This document shows, one piece after another, positions 1 to 13,210 of a stretch of 64,000 nucleotides of DNA (the first letter of the stretch is position 1; each line of letters opens with the position of its first letter). This stretch comes from Hypanus sabinus (taxonomy: Eukaryota): positions 29,946,001-30,010,000 of the forward strand of contig NC_082725.1 in assembly GCF_030144855.1 (NCBI RefSeq), in the 5' to 3' direction. The translations under genes were made by a program, and so were the position numbers. The notes under the pieces are model-generated. The model saw only the letters and a list, made by a program, of their open reading frames with translations. It searched no databases and was not told where the DNA came from.

Positions 1-59
1 AAGCCATTAAATGTTCTTCATATGACAGGCTATTTAAACCTGGAGTCATTTTTGTGAAA

Positions 60-195
60 CTTATTTGATTCCTCTGTAGTTTCAACACATCCTTTCCAGG
101 ACAAGGGGACCAAAACTGCTCACAATACTCCAAGTGAGGCCCCACCAGTGCTTTATAAAGTATCAGCATTATATCCTTGCTTAATGTTCTAGCCC
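60..195 (-). mobile_element. CR1-type LINE RT fragment
   Basis: ACCAAAACTGCTCACAATACTCCAAGTGAGG is the reverse complement of the CR1 (P)HLEYCEQFWSP motif, as in other CR1 copies in the window. Confidence 0.75.
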
Positions 196-205
196 TTCTA
201 CTTAC

Positions 206-356
206 ACAACATGCATTTCCTTCCATTTCCTGGACACTTGTATGCTGGGAAAGTTGGGAGTATGCCATTAAGGTTCTATATGCTGGACTAAATTGGGGTC
301 TGAGTGCTGGTCATTAATACTGATTACTGCAAGTGCTGGAACGGTGCTAACTTTTC
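206..356 (-). other. Candidate exon (151 nt; stops in all frames)
   Basis: Minus strand: ttgacttttgtctagtttcAG acceptor and TGT|GTAAGT donor in non-repetitive DNA. Confidence 0.25.
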
Positions 357-880
357 CTGAAACTAGACAAAAGTCAACAGGCAATCAAATTAAATTTATT
401 CTCCTAATTCTGACTAATTTATTCCGTACCAGTATTACCTCAACATTGATATAATTGCTAATTTTAGTGCCAGATATTTAAACAGGATCTTTTTGTATCT
501 AAGTTAATTTGAGAACACAAGGAACAAGTGGTTATTGGATTTCTCATGGGACCATAAGTGGAAAAAAAATGGAATATTTAGAGACAGTAAATCACATCAA
601 ACTAAAATTTCTTTCGAACTAATTAATTAATGCAACTTCAGAGATTCAAACAATTCAGGTCATATGTCTATTCGAATGGAATTTGAACTAGTAGATTCTG
701 GCAATTAAACCATATCCTGTGTAAGCAAAATAGGATTTAAGGCAGAAGAATTCTTTCCTAGGAGCACATATCTTTAATTAATTTTCCCATTATAGCAGGA
801 GGTAACCTCATTAAAGTGTTTACTTTTTTTTTCCAGTTTGTTTGCAAGCTAAATAATAAAATGATGCAAATTGCACTTAC

Positions 881-907
881 AGGAACGGAGAGCTCCCTGG
901 GCGAATA
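881..907 (-). other. Candidate 27-nt micro-exon
   Basis: atgtttaacAG|TATTCGCCCAGGGAGCTCTCCGTTCCT|GTAAGT; open in all 3 frames; two CpGs in CpG-poor surroundings. Confidence 0.3.
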
Positions 908-1639
908 CTGTTAAACATTTTAATTGCAGGCTAAGGTATTTAGTAATGGAGATCTTTTTCCACTCCATCATTACAGATTTTTCATATATTGTATATCTAA
1001 AGAATGCAAATGCAGTCTTTGCTTGTCATTGTTCTCTGCAAACAACTCCGATATTCTAACACTTCTGGGACTTTGCTAGTCCTGGACAAGCAGATTTTCT
1101 GGAGTATTGGATATTATTTGGATACTGTTAATACTCAAGAACCTTTTCTTTGCATTTCACAAAATAATACAATAAATGTCCCAGTGAATTCAGTAAGTCT
1201 AAATGGAGTGGAAATAAGCGAGGTGTCCATGCCTGCCCCAGCTAAAGACATACTCTGGTCCCTGACTGCTGGTATCTGTCCCCAAACCTGGCTCCAGCAA
1301 CACACTTGACCCAACTTGGCCCTAGTCTCACAAACACCACTTGCAAGATGGATCTTCAGCCCACATTCCAGATGCTGGACAGTCAGGATTTTCAGCCCAC
1401 TGGATACTGAATTAGAGTTATTCTGCATTAAAGCTACAGGCCAGGTGGTTCTCAATCCTTAGCACAGGGACTGCAATCAGACCAGTTCACATACTGCTGC
1501 ATCCCTATCTAATGTGGTTATTGAAAGTGTACTAGAGTAAATATTTGACAGTGTAAGAATATTGCAGATCACATTGCATGACTGTCAGAAAACAGATGCA
1601 AATGGTTACACTGTAAGTAAATTAAGAGATTTTAAGAAA

Positions 1640-1926
1640 GAGCTTTAATTGTCAAATGTACATCAAAACATTCAGTGAAATGCATTGTTGGCATCAACTC
1701 AAATCAGTGAGGATTGTAGTGGCAGCCCACAAGTGTCGCCATGTTACCAATGCCAACCTAGCATGCCCGCAATTTACTAACCCTGACTGGAACATCTTTA
1801 GAATGTGAGAGGAAAGTGGAACACCCGGAGGCAAATGCCACCACTCCTTACAGACAGTGGCAGGATTTGAGCCCAGTACCTGACCATTGATACTGTATTG
1901 CATTACGCTAACCATTATGTGACTGT
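1640..1926 (-). mobile_element. tRNA-derived SINE with V-SINE-like central domain
   Basis: Minus strand has B-box-like GGGCTCAAATCC and CCTCCGGGTGTTCCACTTTCCTCTCAC; related copies near 23.8 kb and 27.6 kb. Confidence 0.7.
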
Positions 1927-2269
1927 GAAAGTCAGGTGTTACTGTCCACAAATGCATTGTAATGCAAGTTTTGCCTTCTTTAAGATATAGGTCATGACCC
2001 AAGGTTATTGCTTTTGGTTGAGAATTATTTTAATCCAAATGATGTGAATTATGATGACATCCCGTCTTATAATCTGACCCCATCACCATTTGGTTTCAAA
2101 TCAAGCAGTCAGATGCTTGCACTTCCAACTCACTGAAGACTTTTGCTTTAGTGAAGTTTCTTTCCACCAAGCATCTGTCCCTGATCTCAGACGAATTAAT
2201 TATGACACCAGGCAACAGCTTCTTGAATAGGTCTGTTGGAAGTATTTTGAAGCATGGAGTCTCACAGTG

Positions 2270-2661
2270 AGAGTTGTACAGTACAGAAATGGGACAGTGT
2301 CTGTCCATGCTGATCTCTTTGGCCATCTACATTACTCCTACAGACTATAATAGTCTATGACTTGCCTAATTAAATGTCCTCATAAACGTTTCTTAAAGGT
2401 TAAAAAAAATGTTTCTGATTCCACCACCTCATCTGACATGGTGTTGGAGATATCAGTCATTGTGTAAATTAACAAAAAACTGATGCCTCAAATCCACTTT
2501 AAAGTTCATTCCTCTCATCTTGACTATCTACCATATCCATGCCTCTCAGAATCTTATATACAGCTACAAGGTCATCTCCTCAGCTTTCTGCAATCCAGAA
2601 TAAACAATCACAGACCTTCCAATCTCCCCTCATAGCTAGAGTCCTCCATTCCAGGCAACAT
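2270..2661 (-). mobile_element. Decayed CR1 3' end
   Basis: Similar to the reverse complement of the 3' part of the CR1 at 11.1-12.5 kb. Confidence 0.6.
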
Positions 2662-2884
2662 GTTCAAGTTTAATTGTAACTCAACCATACATGAATACAA
2701 CCAAACGAAGCAGCGTTGCTCTGGAACAAATCTGCATAATATAGCATCAACACTCACACAGAAGGTACAATGGAGATATTAGTAAAATACAGTCACACAA
2801 AAAAAAACTATAGTCTGTGGTTAATAATTTGTTTCTTTTAAAAGCTTTTGAGATAATAATAACAACAATAATAAATACAAACAT

Positions 2885-3320
2885 ATTTTTACTACAAGTA
2901 CAAGCCTGATCCAGTGTTGAAGTCAGAATATTAATTATATTTATGATAATCCATAATAATTGTCCAAGTATAATAATACAGGATAAACAAGAATAACTAG
3001 ATACAGCCATTCCAAACACACACAACTTACAGAAATCAGTAAGTGAAAAACATCAGAAATACGATGAACTGAAAGACTTCGAACATGAACAAGATCTTCA
3101 TTGTCCCAATTGTAATATCTACAACTGATGTCATCCCAAAGGCACTATACAATAGCATTAAACAATTAAGGCTACACAGCAATATTTACGTAAATCTCCA
3201 TAAAGCCACAATACTAATTATCACTAAAATAGTCTCAAAGTTCCTAGCAATTGACAAATGAGTGTGTTTGGCTATGCCCGTACTTCTGGTTTTACCAGCT
3301 TGAACTGAGAGAGAAAAAAA
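2885..3320 (+). mobile_element. R4/Dong-clade non-LTR retrotransposon, short 3' fragment
   Basis: Paralogous to 4505-4985 (YYKYK.DP.LES, DTAIPNTHNL, IVPIVISTT); A-rich tail. Confidence 0.7.
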
Positions 3321-3339
3321 CAATAACAACCACTGTTAT

Positions 3340-4985
3340 CAAAATCGAGTCATTTACCAAGGCAACACTCTAAATCCCCTATGGTTTTGTCTAGCTGTAA
3401 ACCCACTCTCTAATTCACTGTATCAGATGAGTATTGGATAGTAAGTCAAACAAAGAACAAATTATTCCTTGAAGCCTTATATGTACAGGGACAATTTGAA
3501 ATTATACACTCCTGTATCAGTAAAGCTATATCAATTAATTCTAATAGAACTATTTTCAAAAGATTTAAACATCAAATTTGGACTAAATAAGTGCAGAACG
3601 TTAAACATAAAAGAGCAATAGAGTCAATAGAATAAAATACAGAACAGCAGGCTACAATACAACTGATGGATGAATAGGAAACTGAAGTATCTGGGATATC
3701 AACAAGCAAAGAAAATGGATCATAGTGTGACAAAGGGAAAACTTTCAATAGAAGTTAATTCAAGGCTTAAGAAAATCTGCCAAATGGAGCTCAATAGTAA
3801 AAATATATCAAAGGCAATATACACTTTCGGTATGCCTATACTAATGTGTTCTTTTGGCATAATAGCTTGGAGTGAAATTGTCCTGTAAAGTTTACAAAGA
3901 AAGATAAGAAATGACATGACAAATTTTAGAAAATACTATGTTCACTCAAGCGTGCTTAGATTAACAATACCCAATACTGAAGGAGATAGAGGAATAATAG
4001 ACATTAAAAAAAATTAGATAAAACTTCTAAGGATATAATTACATCAACAAAAACTGAATTCAGCACTCCATGACAGCATATGCAATTCTGATAAGTAATC
4101 ACCATTAAACTTAAATTAAAACACAACCCATGAAAATGAAGAAATTATCACTATAGAAGAAGATGTTATCCAGTGGAAGAGCGTAACCTTCCATGGAAGG
4201 CATCCGCATGATCTGAGCAGACTAGATGTCAATAAGAAGGTGTTGAATGCTTACCTCAGAGTTGGAGACCTCTTCCCAGGCACAGAAAGGTCCCTTGTGG
4301 TAATATAAGACCAGGAATTTAACACAAAAATGATCATAAATACATAATGAAAGGCGAACAAATTCAAGGTGATAAATACAGAAAATGCGAAGAGAATTAG
4401 AAACAATCCAACACATTCCAGTAGCAGTTTAACTCAATTTGATTACTTTCACAGGCACAATCAGGTGACAAACATCATTCACCATGTCTTGTTTTATAAA
4501 GAAGCCATACCTTACTATAAATACAAGCTTGAACCATTTTTAGAGTCAGAGTCCAACAAATTATATTACATCTGAACCATTATTACAGAGAGGACATTCA
4601 TAATAACCATTCAGATATAACATTACAGGAAAAACACACAAGAACAACCTAATAGATATAGCCATTCAAAACACACATAGTACATAGAAATCATTAAGTG
4701 AAAAACACTACAAATATGCTGAAGTAAAGGAGGAAATTGAAAGACAATGGAACATGAACAGATTATACGTTGTCCCAATAGTAATATCTACAACTGATAT
4801 CATCTCAAAGTCACTTTACAATAGCATTAAACAATTAGGGCTACACAGCAATATTTAGCTAAATCTCCAGAAAGCCACAATACTAAACACCTACTAGAAT
4901 AGGCTGAAAGTTCTTAGCAACTGACAAACAAAGAGTTTTGCTATGCCTGTACCTCAGGTTTTACCATCCTGAGCTGAAAAAAAAA
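3340..4985 (+). mobile_element. R4/Dong-clade non-LTR retrotransposon relic (RT plus restriction-like endonuclease), 5'-truncated
   Basis: Broken frames read IYQGNTLNPLWFCLAVNPLS, YRDNLKLY (cf. YMDDLKLY), FGLNKC, KYLG, HRHNQV, NNHSDI, IDIAI; ORFs 3670-3888 and 4369-4575 are pieces. Confidence 0.8.
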
Positions 4986-5639
4986 TACACGTATTCATAA
5001 ATTATGATTTTGATAGATTATTTCCTATTTCATTGCACTAATTCTATATTATGCAATAGTTTTCATGTTTGACACTTTCCCTATTCTCTCTAATCAGTAG
5101 GAGTGCAATGCAACATATCTCTTCCCAAACCATAATGTTTATGAAATAGATGGTTTACTTATATATATATATATATTTTATCCTACTACATAAACCCAGT
5201 CTTTTATGTACTAATGAATAGGATCTATCCTTATCTTAATACTTTGAGACACTATCAGACCTCTGAAACAAAAAAGTACAGAGAAATGCTGGAAACACTT
5301 AGCCAGCATGTGTAGAAATGGAAAGAAATTTAATGATACAGGACAAAAACTCCTTGTAACGAGTAAGTTATAGATGGTGTTGAACCCAAGTGCCGAGTCA
5401 GGTCTAGAATCAACTTGGGCTCAGAGCTGAAATAAACAAGATGACATAAACAAGATCGAAAAGCAAAATCAGAAATGGTAGTACTAGAAATTAAACTCCA
5501 ATGAGTGTCAAAAAGGAATGATAGGCAATAATTAGCAGACTGGGTCTTAAACGGACAGCAGAAGCTTACCATACTTCAGAGAACTGGAGCGCCGAAAATT
5601 GATTGGCCGCTGCTGTTCAGTTGGAATCATGACAGAAGA

Positions 5640-7430
5640 GCACCCTCCCACCCACAGCCAGCCTCGGATAGCCCAGAGCGATTAGGATGGTGCTGGTGAA
5701 AGTCATCGACCAAGGTACAGTCCAAGATGTCCCTTGAAGGAATCCAGCTTCTTTCTTCTGGGCAACATCCTTCCCAATTGATCAGGTACTGCCTTTTATC
5801 TTGAACAATGCGATGTCTAAAAAGAACTGTACTATAGGCAGATTGTCTCTCAACAATTCTGGGAGGCAGGGGATGTTTGGGAACCGGAGCCAAGGGGCTG
5901 GCACTCAAGAGCTTGAGGCGGGATACGTGGAATGTCAGGCGAATCCACATGGTGCTCGGGAATTGGAGATGCAAGGTAACTGGATTGACATATCACAGAC
6001 TTTGGAATGGACCTATGAAGTAAGGAGCCAATTTTTTGGATTTAAACCACATGGAGAGATCTCTAGTTGAGAGCCTGACCTACTGACTGGGAAGAAGTTT
6101 TGGTCCCTGTCTTCTCCAGTGGTCGGCCTGGCCTTGTTGCTGCCGTGAATTGGCCAACAATGTCTCCCTTGCCTTAACCCATTTCTGACGACAGCTCTGG
6201 ACCTGTTGGTCCTCTGATGGAACCCCCAGCTCTGTAAGTAGGTGAAACCCGGACAACAATACGTCAGAAGCCCCAGTGAGCTCAAAAAAGGACTTCCAAA
6301 ACCTAGAGGCAAACAATCAAAGACAATATCCTGGGGGAAACTGGGAATCCTGAAAATGTGCTGTAATATGAGTTTATCAGTCACCGAAGCTGATGGTAGT
6401 TTAGGAAAGGGTACAAAGTGGAAGACCTCGGAGAATCTGTCTATAACCACCATAATTATTGCATTGCCCCAAGATGCTAATGACTAGTGACAAAGTCCAT
6501 GGAAATGTAGAACTAAAAGCGAGTAGGAATGGGCAGAGGCTGAAGCAGACCTTAAGGCTGTCCTCAGGGTTCTTTATTTCATGCACAGACATCACACACC
6601 AAGACATATTCCTGGACATCTTCAGTCATACCTGGCAACTCCTGATGAACTCTAGGGTATGAGCCATCCGTGGGTGCCCAGCCAGCCTCAAAGCGTGTCC
6701 CCAGCTGAGCCCCTCCAAACATACAGGAGGACCAACACCCGGGTCCAGTCCATCTTGCTCTTGGGCACGGCATATTATCAAGAATATGTCCCAGTGGATG
6801 GGCACCACCACTCTAGAGTTGGGAATTATAGTTAAAGCGTTCTCTTCCCCATTAGGTGCTTTGAACTATTGAGGGAGGGTGTCTGGGTTTTGATTTTTTG
6901 ATTCTGTATGGTAAGTAATAAGGAAGTTGAACCTATTATGGAGTAGAGACCAATGTGTTAGCCTCTTTGCATCTTGGATGTAGACCAGGTTTTTGTGGTC
7001 AGTCTAGACTACAAATGGATAGCTGGTCTCTTCCAACCAGTGCTTCTACTCTTCCAGTGCTATGTTAACAGCCAACAATTTCCAATTCCTGATGTCATTG
7101 TTTGCCTCTGCGGAAGAAAGATGTTTAGAGAAGAAGGCACAGGGATGTAGTTTGTGATCTGAGGCAGATCATTAGGACAAAGTGACCCCTATTCCACGGT
7201 CCGATGGGTTGACCTCCACCATGAAAGGTAAATCCTGGTCCAATAGAACTAGGACAGGTGTGGACCGGACCCTTTGTTTTAACTGTAAAAACCATCTCGT
7301 CCGCTGAGTCCAGCAGCGGAACCCAGTAGATTATTTGGTGAGTTGATGAGCTGATCTGAAATTGTGGATGAACTGTCTGTAGAAGTTTGCAAAACCTAGA
7401 AACCGCTGTAGTTGTTTCATGGATGTGGGT
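5640..7430 (-). pseudogene. Gypsy pol remnant: RNase H, integrase, chromodomain
   Basis: QYLINWEGCCPEERSWIPSRDILD (chromodomain); MVVIDRFSEVFHFVPFPKLPSA and FASRFWKSFF (integrase core); AGHP (IN zinc finger); many frameshifts. Confidence 0.85.
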
Positions 7431-7665
7431 TCAATGGTTCGATTTAATATCAGAGAATATTTACAGCATAGACCTGAAATTCTTACTCTTCGCAAACATC
7501 CTCAAAACAGGGGGAAAAAAACCCCAAAGGATGAATGACAGAAAATATTGGAATCCCAGTGACCCCTCCCCCTCCCCCCCACTTACTCCAGCAAAAACAT
7601 CAACTCACCCCATCCACCATGCAAGCGTCAGCAAAGCTCCCACTGAGGCTATGCTCAAAAGCTAC
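7430..7665 (-). mobile_element. 3' part of a non-autonomous retroposon (family of 47945-48720 and 57960-58740)
   Basis: Shared ATTTAAT.TCAGAGAA...CTGAAATTCTT...AAACATCC...GAATGACAG sequence. Confidence 0.65.
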
Positions 7666-10371
7666 TGTCCACCCCAACCAAAGTACAAGGTCTGGAATTA
7701 ACTCAGACTCAAAATAGTCAAGGTAACACAAACAAAATCCAAGGATGAAATCGCAATTAGTAGTACTAGAATAGGAACTCTTAGAACTGAGCTCTGAGTC
7801 TTTAAGGAACAGTGTCAGCTAACCAAACCTCTGAGAATTGGAGCTCCAAAACTTAAATGCCAACTGCTGTTCAGTCAGGACCATGACACCTTTGGACAGA
7901 ATTGGGGGAGAAAAAAAATCTAATTAGTTTTAAGTTGCAGTAAAATAAGAGGAGAGATGAACAGAACAAAGGCAATACTCTGAAAGGATGAATCGGAGGC
8001 TTCTGTGGGGATCACCTGTGGTGGAATGAATATTCACTATTTTTGGACCTAGGTCCTTGCTTTTCACAAAGTTTGACTTTCTAAGCACAGCAGCTATGAG
8101 CATCTAAAGATCAAAGTGTTGTATTTAAAAAAGTTAAACTTCCAACCAGTATTTTTTTTCAAACTGCTTGTCATAAATGGGAACCAGTCTTCACTTCTTA
8201 ATGTAAGTGGAAAACAGTAATCAGTTTGAATTTAAAAACAAAGCACTGCCTATAGAATGAAGGATATTGTTTTACAGCACCTGGACTTATTGTCCAGGAG
8301 ATGCCATATACAGAAATGCTTTTTTAAAATTTGGCTTGCTTCAAAACCAATAATGCTGGCTAGGTTGTTTAGTTCAAAGAAGTTTGCAGACCAGACTGTT
8401 ATTATTAAGTAGATGATGCGTTAATTAGTTGGAAGGTATGTATAATCAGAGACTCAGCTTCACTGCATTAATTGTTGGTACCTGGGTACTCTGTCTCCAG
8501 TTTGTTTTCAAAAGCTATTTGAAAAAAATAATCACATATATGAAGTCACCCAAGTGACAAAAAGATAGTATACCTTTAGAGAGCAGTTCAGGTTTTATAG
8601 GCATGGTCCAGAAATGTCAAGAAAAATGACAGAAACACAGGGTGAAATAGAGCCAATTCCTCTGACTTCTATTTCTGTTCTGTTCTGTGACAGATGACTG
8701 TTTTATCTGCAGCTTGCTGGTATATCTTTTAAGCTTATAGGAATTGTGCTTGGATTTTGGAAATGCTTTGTGTTTAAGAAGTAGTTTGTAATTTGGAAAA
8801 TTTCTGTCAGATAGAAATCCTTTGTTTTTTAAGAATGTTGTTTGGGTTAAAACATGTATCACTGAACATAACTGAACTGTATTTAAACTGTTTTCTTCAC
8901 TGGAAGTATCTCTCCTTGGCAGGGAGAAGGGACCTACTACACAAATAATGGGTATTAGCAGTTAAACCCATTATGGAGAATAAACAGGGAAGTGCACTAG
9001 CCTTTGAATAGTCCATAGTCGAAGCATGTCCTCCCTTTAGGGAGTGTACCTTTGGCTATTTATATCGATAGGGCTTAAGGTCTTTGTTTGAGTGTAGAAC
9101 TTCGTGGTCAGTAAATCCATTATTATCACTGTAAATAAATTTCTTTTGTTGATTGGTTTGTGAGGGCTTTAGAGAGAAGACAAAAAGGAACCAAAGCTGT
9201 CAGAATTGGCCAAAGGGTCTGACTATGCTACTGCAAATAAAATGAACCAATATTAGAGATGAATGACCTAGAGCAGAACATATTTATTTAATTACACATG
9301 AGTTACTCAAAGCTGTTGAATTTGATTTTGAAACTGGAAAGTTGAAATGTCGCAGGTAAAAGAAGGGTTGCTCCATAATTAAGCTTACTTTGGAATTCAA
9401 TGGAGCAGCGCAGGAGACTAGAGTCAAGGTGATAGTTAGAGGAAATTATGGTTACTAGCAAATCTAGACACAGCCTTCAGCCATTGTAAACAAGATGCCA
9501 AGATTCAAACTAATCCACTGAATATTAGCATAGAAATTGAATCATATTTACCCATGCATTATGTGTAAGCATAGAGCCACTTAGTGTATGTTTCCAAATG
9601 CTTGTGTCTATTTCCTATTGTCATGAAGAAATTAGAGGAGACTCTTCCCATTATGATTTGCTCTAACCAGTGTGCTGTGAGTCCAATGGGGGAACATGGT
9701 ACTCACAGCACATAATGGCATCATCAATATGTGAGGCATCTTTTATTTTCTTATCCAGCAGTTCAATAAAAAAGTGAATATCAAGCTGAAAGCAATGAAA
9801 CTTAAATGATTTAAAGTGCCCCCAGGATATTTGAGATGAGAATCATACCCTGTAATTTTGACTCATATACACTTCTGTCGCCAGCAGCTTCCAATACAGA
9901 TCGAAGCCACTGTAAACAGCTGCCTGTCAGTCTTTCTCTTTGCTTCACTTACTTTGCAGCTTAAAGCTCATTGCACTTCTAACGTGTCCCCAGTTCCTAT
10001 GAAAGACAGACATTGTGAAATACTTACTTCACTGATGCTGACTCATTTGCTGAGTACTTCTTGGATGTTGATGTTCTGCTCTTTATTTTAGATTTATAGA
10101 ATATGTTGTGTTTTTTATTGCTTTTGGTCTGATGTAAACTCTGCTTTTCAATTTGATCCTTCCAGTGGAGGTTCCAATACCTTGTTCAATAATGAGTTTG
10201 CTTAAACTGCTTTGCTACCTTTATTTATCTGTGGGACTGTTCCACCAGATCTCTGATACTCCATCACATTTAGATACCTATTTTCCAAAAAGTACGTGGC
10301 CTTCAAATTCCTCAGAGTAAAATGTAAAACATAGCTTTGCGAGATTGCCTTTATGCTACTCTCTCCTCATA

Positions 10372-10878
10372 CACTCAGGGACCGCTTCATTAGATACCTC
10401 TTCTACCTAATAAAGTTGCCACTAAGTGTATGTTCGTAGTATTTTCCTATAGCCCAACCATTTCAAGGTTTTATGTGCTGTACATTTGCAGATGCTCTTC
10501 CACAAGCCACTGCTGCAATGAATGGGTATTTGAGCTTCTGTCACTCAGCTTCTTATCATCTTGAACCAGTCTGTCCATTCTCCTCTGAACTCCTTCATTA
10601 ACAAGGCACTTTCACCCACAGAACCACAGCTCACTGGATGGTTTTGGCACCCTTCTCTGTAAACTCTAGAGATTGGTGTGCATGAAAACCCCAGGAGATC
10701 ACCAGTTTCTGAGTTACTCAAACCACCCCATCAGGCACCAGCAATCATTCTACAGTTTAAGTCATTTAGACCACATTTCTTCTCCGTTGTAATGAGTTGC
10801 TGCAATATGATTGGCTGATTAGATATTTGCATTAATGAGCAGGTGTGCAGGTGTATTGAATAAAGTTGCCACTGAGTA
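10372..10878 (-). mobile_element. Tc1/mariner internally deleted element
   Basis: TA-flanked TIR-like ends CACTCAG.../AATAAAGTTGCCACTGAGT; minus strand encodes decayed HTH KKCGLNDLNCRMIAGA*WGGLSNSETGDLLGFSCTPISRVYRE; extra TIR copy at ~10407-10430. Confidence 0.8.
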
Positions 10879-11107
10879 TATTTCACTATGTTTCATTAAT
10901 ATTATCCATTTAAAAACACCAGTGTAATTAGTTACTTCCTTTCACTGAGAGGACAATGACAATTCAAGGACCATCCATTGGAAAGGAATGTGTCCACCAG
11001 CAGCTATTAACTAACTGTATTGTGCAGATAAACTGCAACTCAATAATAAGTATACTGTTTTGGATACTATTGTTGGGGACGACCTACCAGGGACAGGTTG
11101 CAGTTCC

Positions 11108-12515
11108 AGGAGTAAACCTAGCAATTATAGGCCTGTAAGTTTGACGTCAGTGGTGGGTACATTAATGGAAAGTATTCTTAGAGATGGTGTATATAATTAT
11201 CTGGATAGACAGGTCTGATTAAGAACAGTCAACATGGATTTGTGCGTGGAAGGTCATGTTTCACAAATCTTATTGAATTTTTTGAAGAGGTTACTAGGAA
11301 AGTTGACGAGGGTAAAGCAGTGGATGTTGTCTATATGGACTTCAGTAAGGCCTTTGACAAGGTTCCACATGGAAGGTTAGTTACAAGGGCTCAATCGTTA
11401 GATACTAATATTGAAGTAGTGAAACTGATTCAACAGTGGCTGAATGGGAGATGCCAGAGAGTAGTGGTGGATAACTGTTTGTCAGGTTGGAGGCTGGTGA
11501 CTAATGGTGTGCCTCAGGGTTCTGTACTGGGTCCAATGTTGTTTGTCATATACATTAATGATCTGGATGATGGGATGGTAAATTGGATTAGTAAGTATGC
11601 AGATGATACTAAGATAGGTGGCATTGTGGATAATGATATAGGTTTTCAAAGCTTGCAGAGAGATTTAGGCCAGTTAGAAGAGTGGGCTGAAAGATAGCAG
11701 ATGGAGTTTAATGCTGATAAGTGTGAGGTGCTGCATTTTGGTAGGAATAATCAAAATAGGACATTCAGGATAAATGGTAGGACATTGAAGAATGCAGTAG
11801 AACAGAGTGATCTAGGAATAATGGTGCATGGTTCCCTAAAGGTGGAATCTCATGTCGATAGGGTGGTGAAGAAAGCTTTTGGTATGCTGGCCTTTATAAA
11901 ACAGAGCATTGAGTATAGGAGTTGGGATGTAATGTTAAAATTGTACAAGGCATTGGTGAGGCCAAATTTGGAGTATTGTGTACAGTTCTGGTCACCGAAT
12001 TATAGGAAAGATGTCAACAAGATAGAGAGAGTACAGAGAAGATTTACCAGAATGTTATCTGGGTTTCAGCAACTAAATTACAGAGAAAGGTTGAACAAGT
12101 TAGGTCTTTATTCTTTGGAGCATAGAAGGTTGAGGGAGGACTTGATAGAGGTATTTAAAATTATGAGGGGGATCAATAGAGTTGACATGGATAGGTTTTT
12201 TCCATTGAGAGCAGGGGAGGTTCAAACAAGAGGACATGATTTGAGAGTTAGGGGACAAAAGTTGAATGGTAACACGAGGGGGAACTTCTTTACTCAGAGA
12301 GTGGTAGATGTGCGGAATGAGCTTCCAGTAGAAGTGGTAGAGGCAGGTTTGATATTGTCATTTAAAGTAAAATTGGGTAGGTATTTGGACAGGAAAGGAA
12401 TGGAGGGTTATGGGCTGAGTGCAGGTCGGTGGGACTAGGTGAGAGTAAGCATTTGGCACAGACTAGAAGGGCCGAGATGACCTGTTTCCGTGCTGTAATT
12501 GTTATATGGTTATGT
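11108..12515 (+). mobile_element. CR1 LINE, 5'-truncated, relatively young
   Basis: Starts at NYRPVSLTSVVG; ends with CR1 3' UTR GAAGGGCC...CTGTTTCCGTGCTGTA. Confidence 0.95.
11242..12438 (+). pseudogene. CR1 ORF2 reverse transcriptase, one in-frame TAG at 11698-11700
   Basis: YMDFSKAFDKVPH, GVPQGSVLGP, KYADDTK, LEYCVQFWSP; ORFs 11242-11697 and 11701-12438 share a frame (probable TGG>TAG). Confidence 0.9.
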
Positions 12516-13210
12516 TGGATGGGTTTATTTTGAGGCATCCACTGTACAGAGGACATTATGGACAACACATTTACAATGGCTGCACTGGATAAGTGAGAGA
12601 AGACCACTGGCCAGAGAGGGTACAGAGCTAGTTAGTGGAGTCTGCCAATGCCTACAGGTGGGGGAAGCATGTCACGTTTTGAAAGTATCTGGATGAGTAT
12701 TTGAGTCGCCAAGATATTGAAGGCAATGTGCAAAGTGATGGTAAATTGAATAGATGGGTCCTTGATCCTCAGTCTGAGGGGCCAAAGATTGTGCATCAGG
12801 CAAGTTTTACAATGTACTTTTATTCAAGTTTAAGTTGCTGAGCCAAATTCAGAAAATCTGAGGACATAACATATGTAAATCTTTGCGGCTCATCACATAT
12901 CACCTTCCATCTATTTGTTAAATATTTTATCCAAATGGAAAAGGTGGGAAGAGAAGGAAGATGAGAGAAGTTCTTTCTTGCCCAGAGATCTTGGATATCA
13001 CTGCAGGCAAACTTAAATCTATTCATTAAAATGTGCATTCTCTAGAATTCTACAGCTGGTTTAATTGGCATTGATAGTGCAAATGCTGCAACTGCTTGAA
13101 ACACTTTGAGATTACTGATGAGTTGAATATTTTACAAGGCTTGAGACAGAACGGCAAAAGTTGACCAAAAAATTGTGATGATTTGCAAATCATGAGTTCT
13201 TTCATCTCAC

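Larger units (their letters stand above)
5355..7888 (-). mobile_element. Chromodomain-bearing Ty3/Gypsy (sushi-like chromovirus), internally deleted
   Basis: Diverged LTRs 5355-5634 and ~7680-7888 both end CTGCTGTTCAG..CATGACA on +; purine tract GGGTGGGAGGG next to the 3' LTR; approximate CCT(T) TSD; inserted in a Penelope-type fragment. Confidence 0.8.

Noticed and set aside
1004-1455. Overlapping 101-aa and 106-aa ORFs
   Set aside because: No motifs or supporting gene structure; length is compatible with chance
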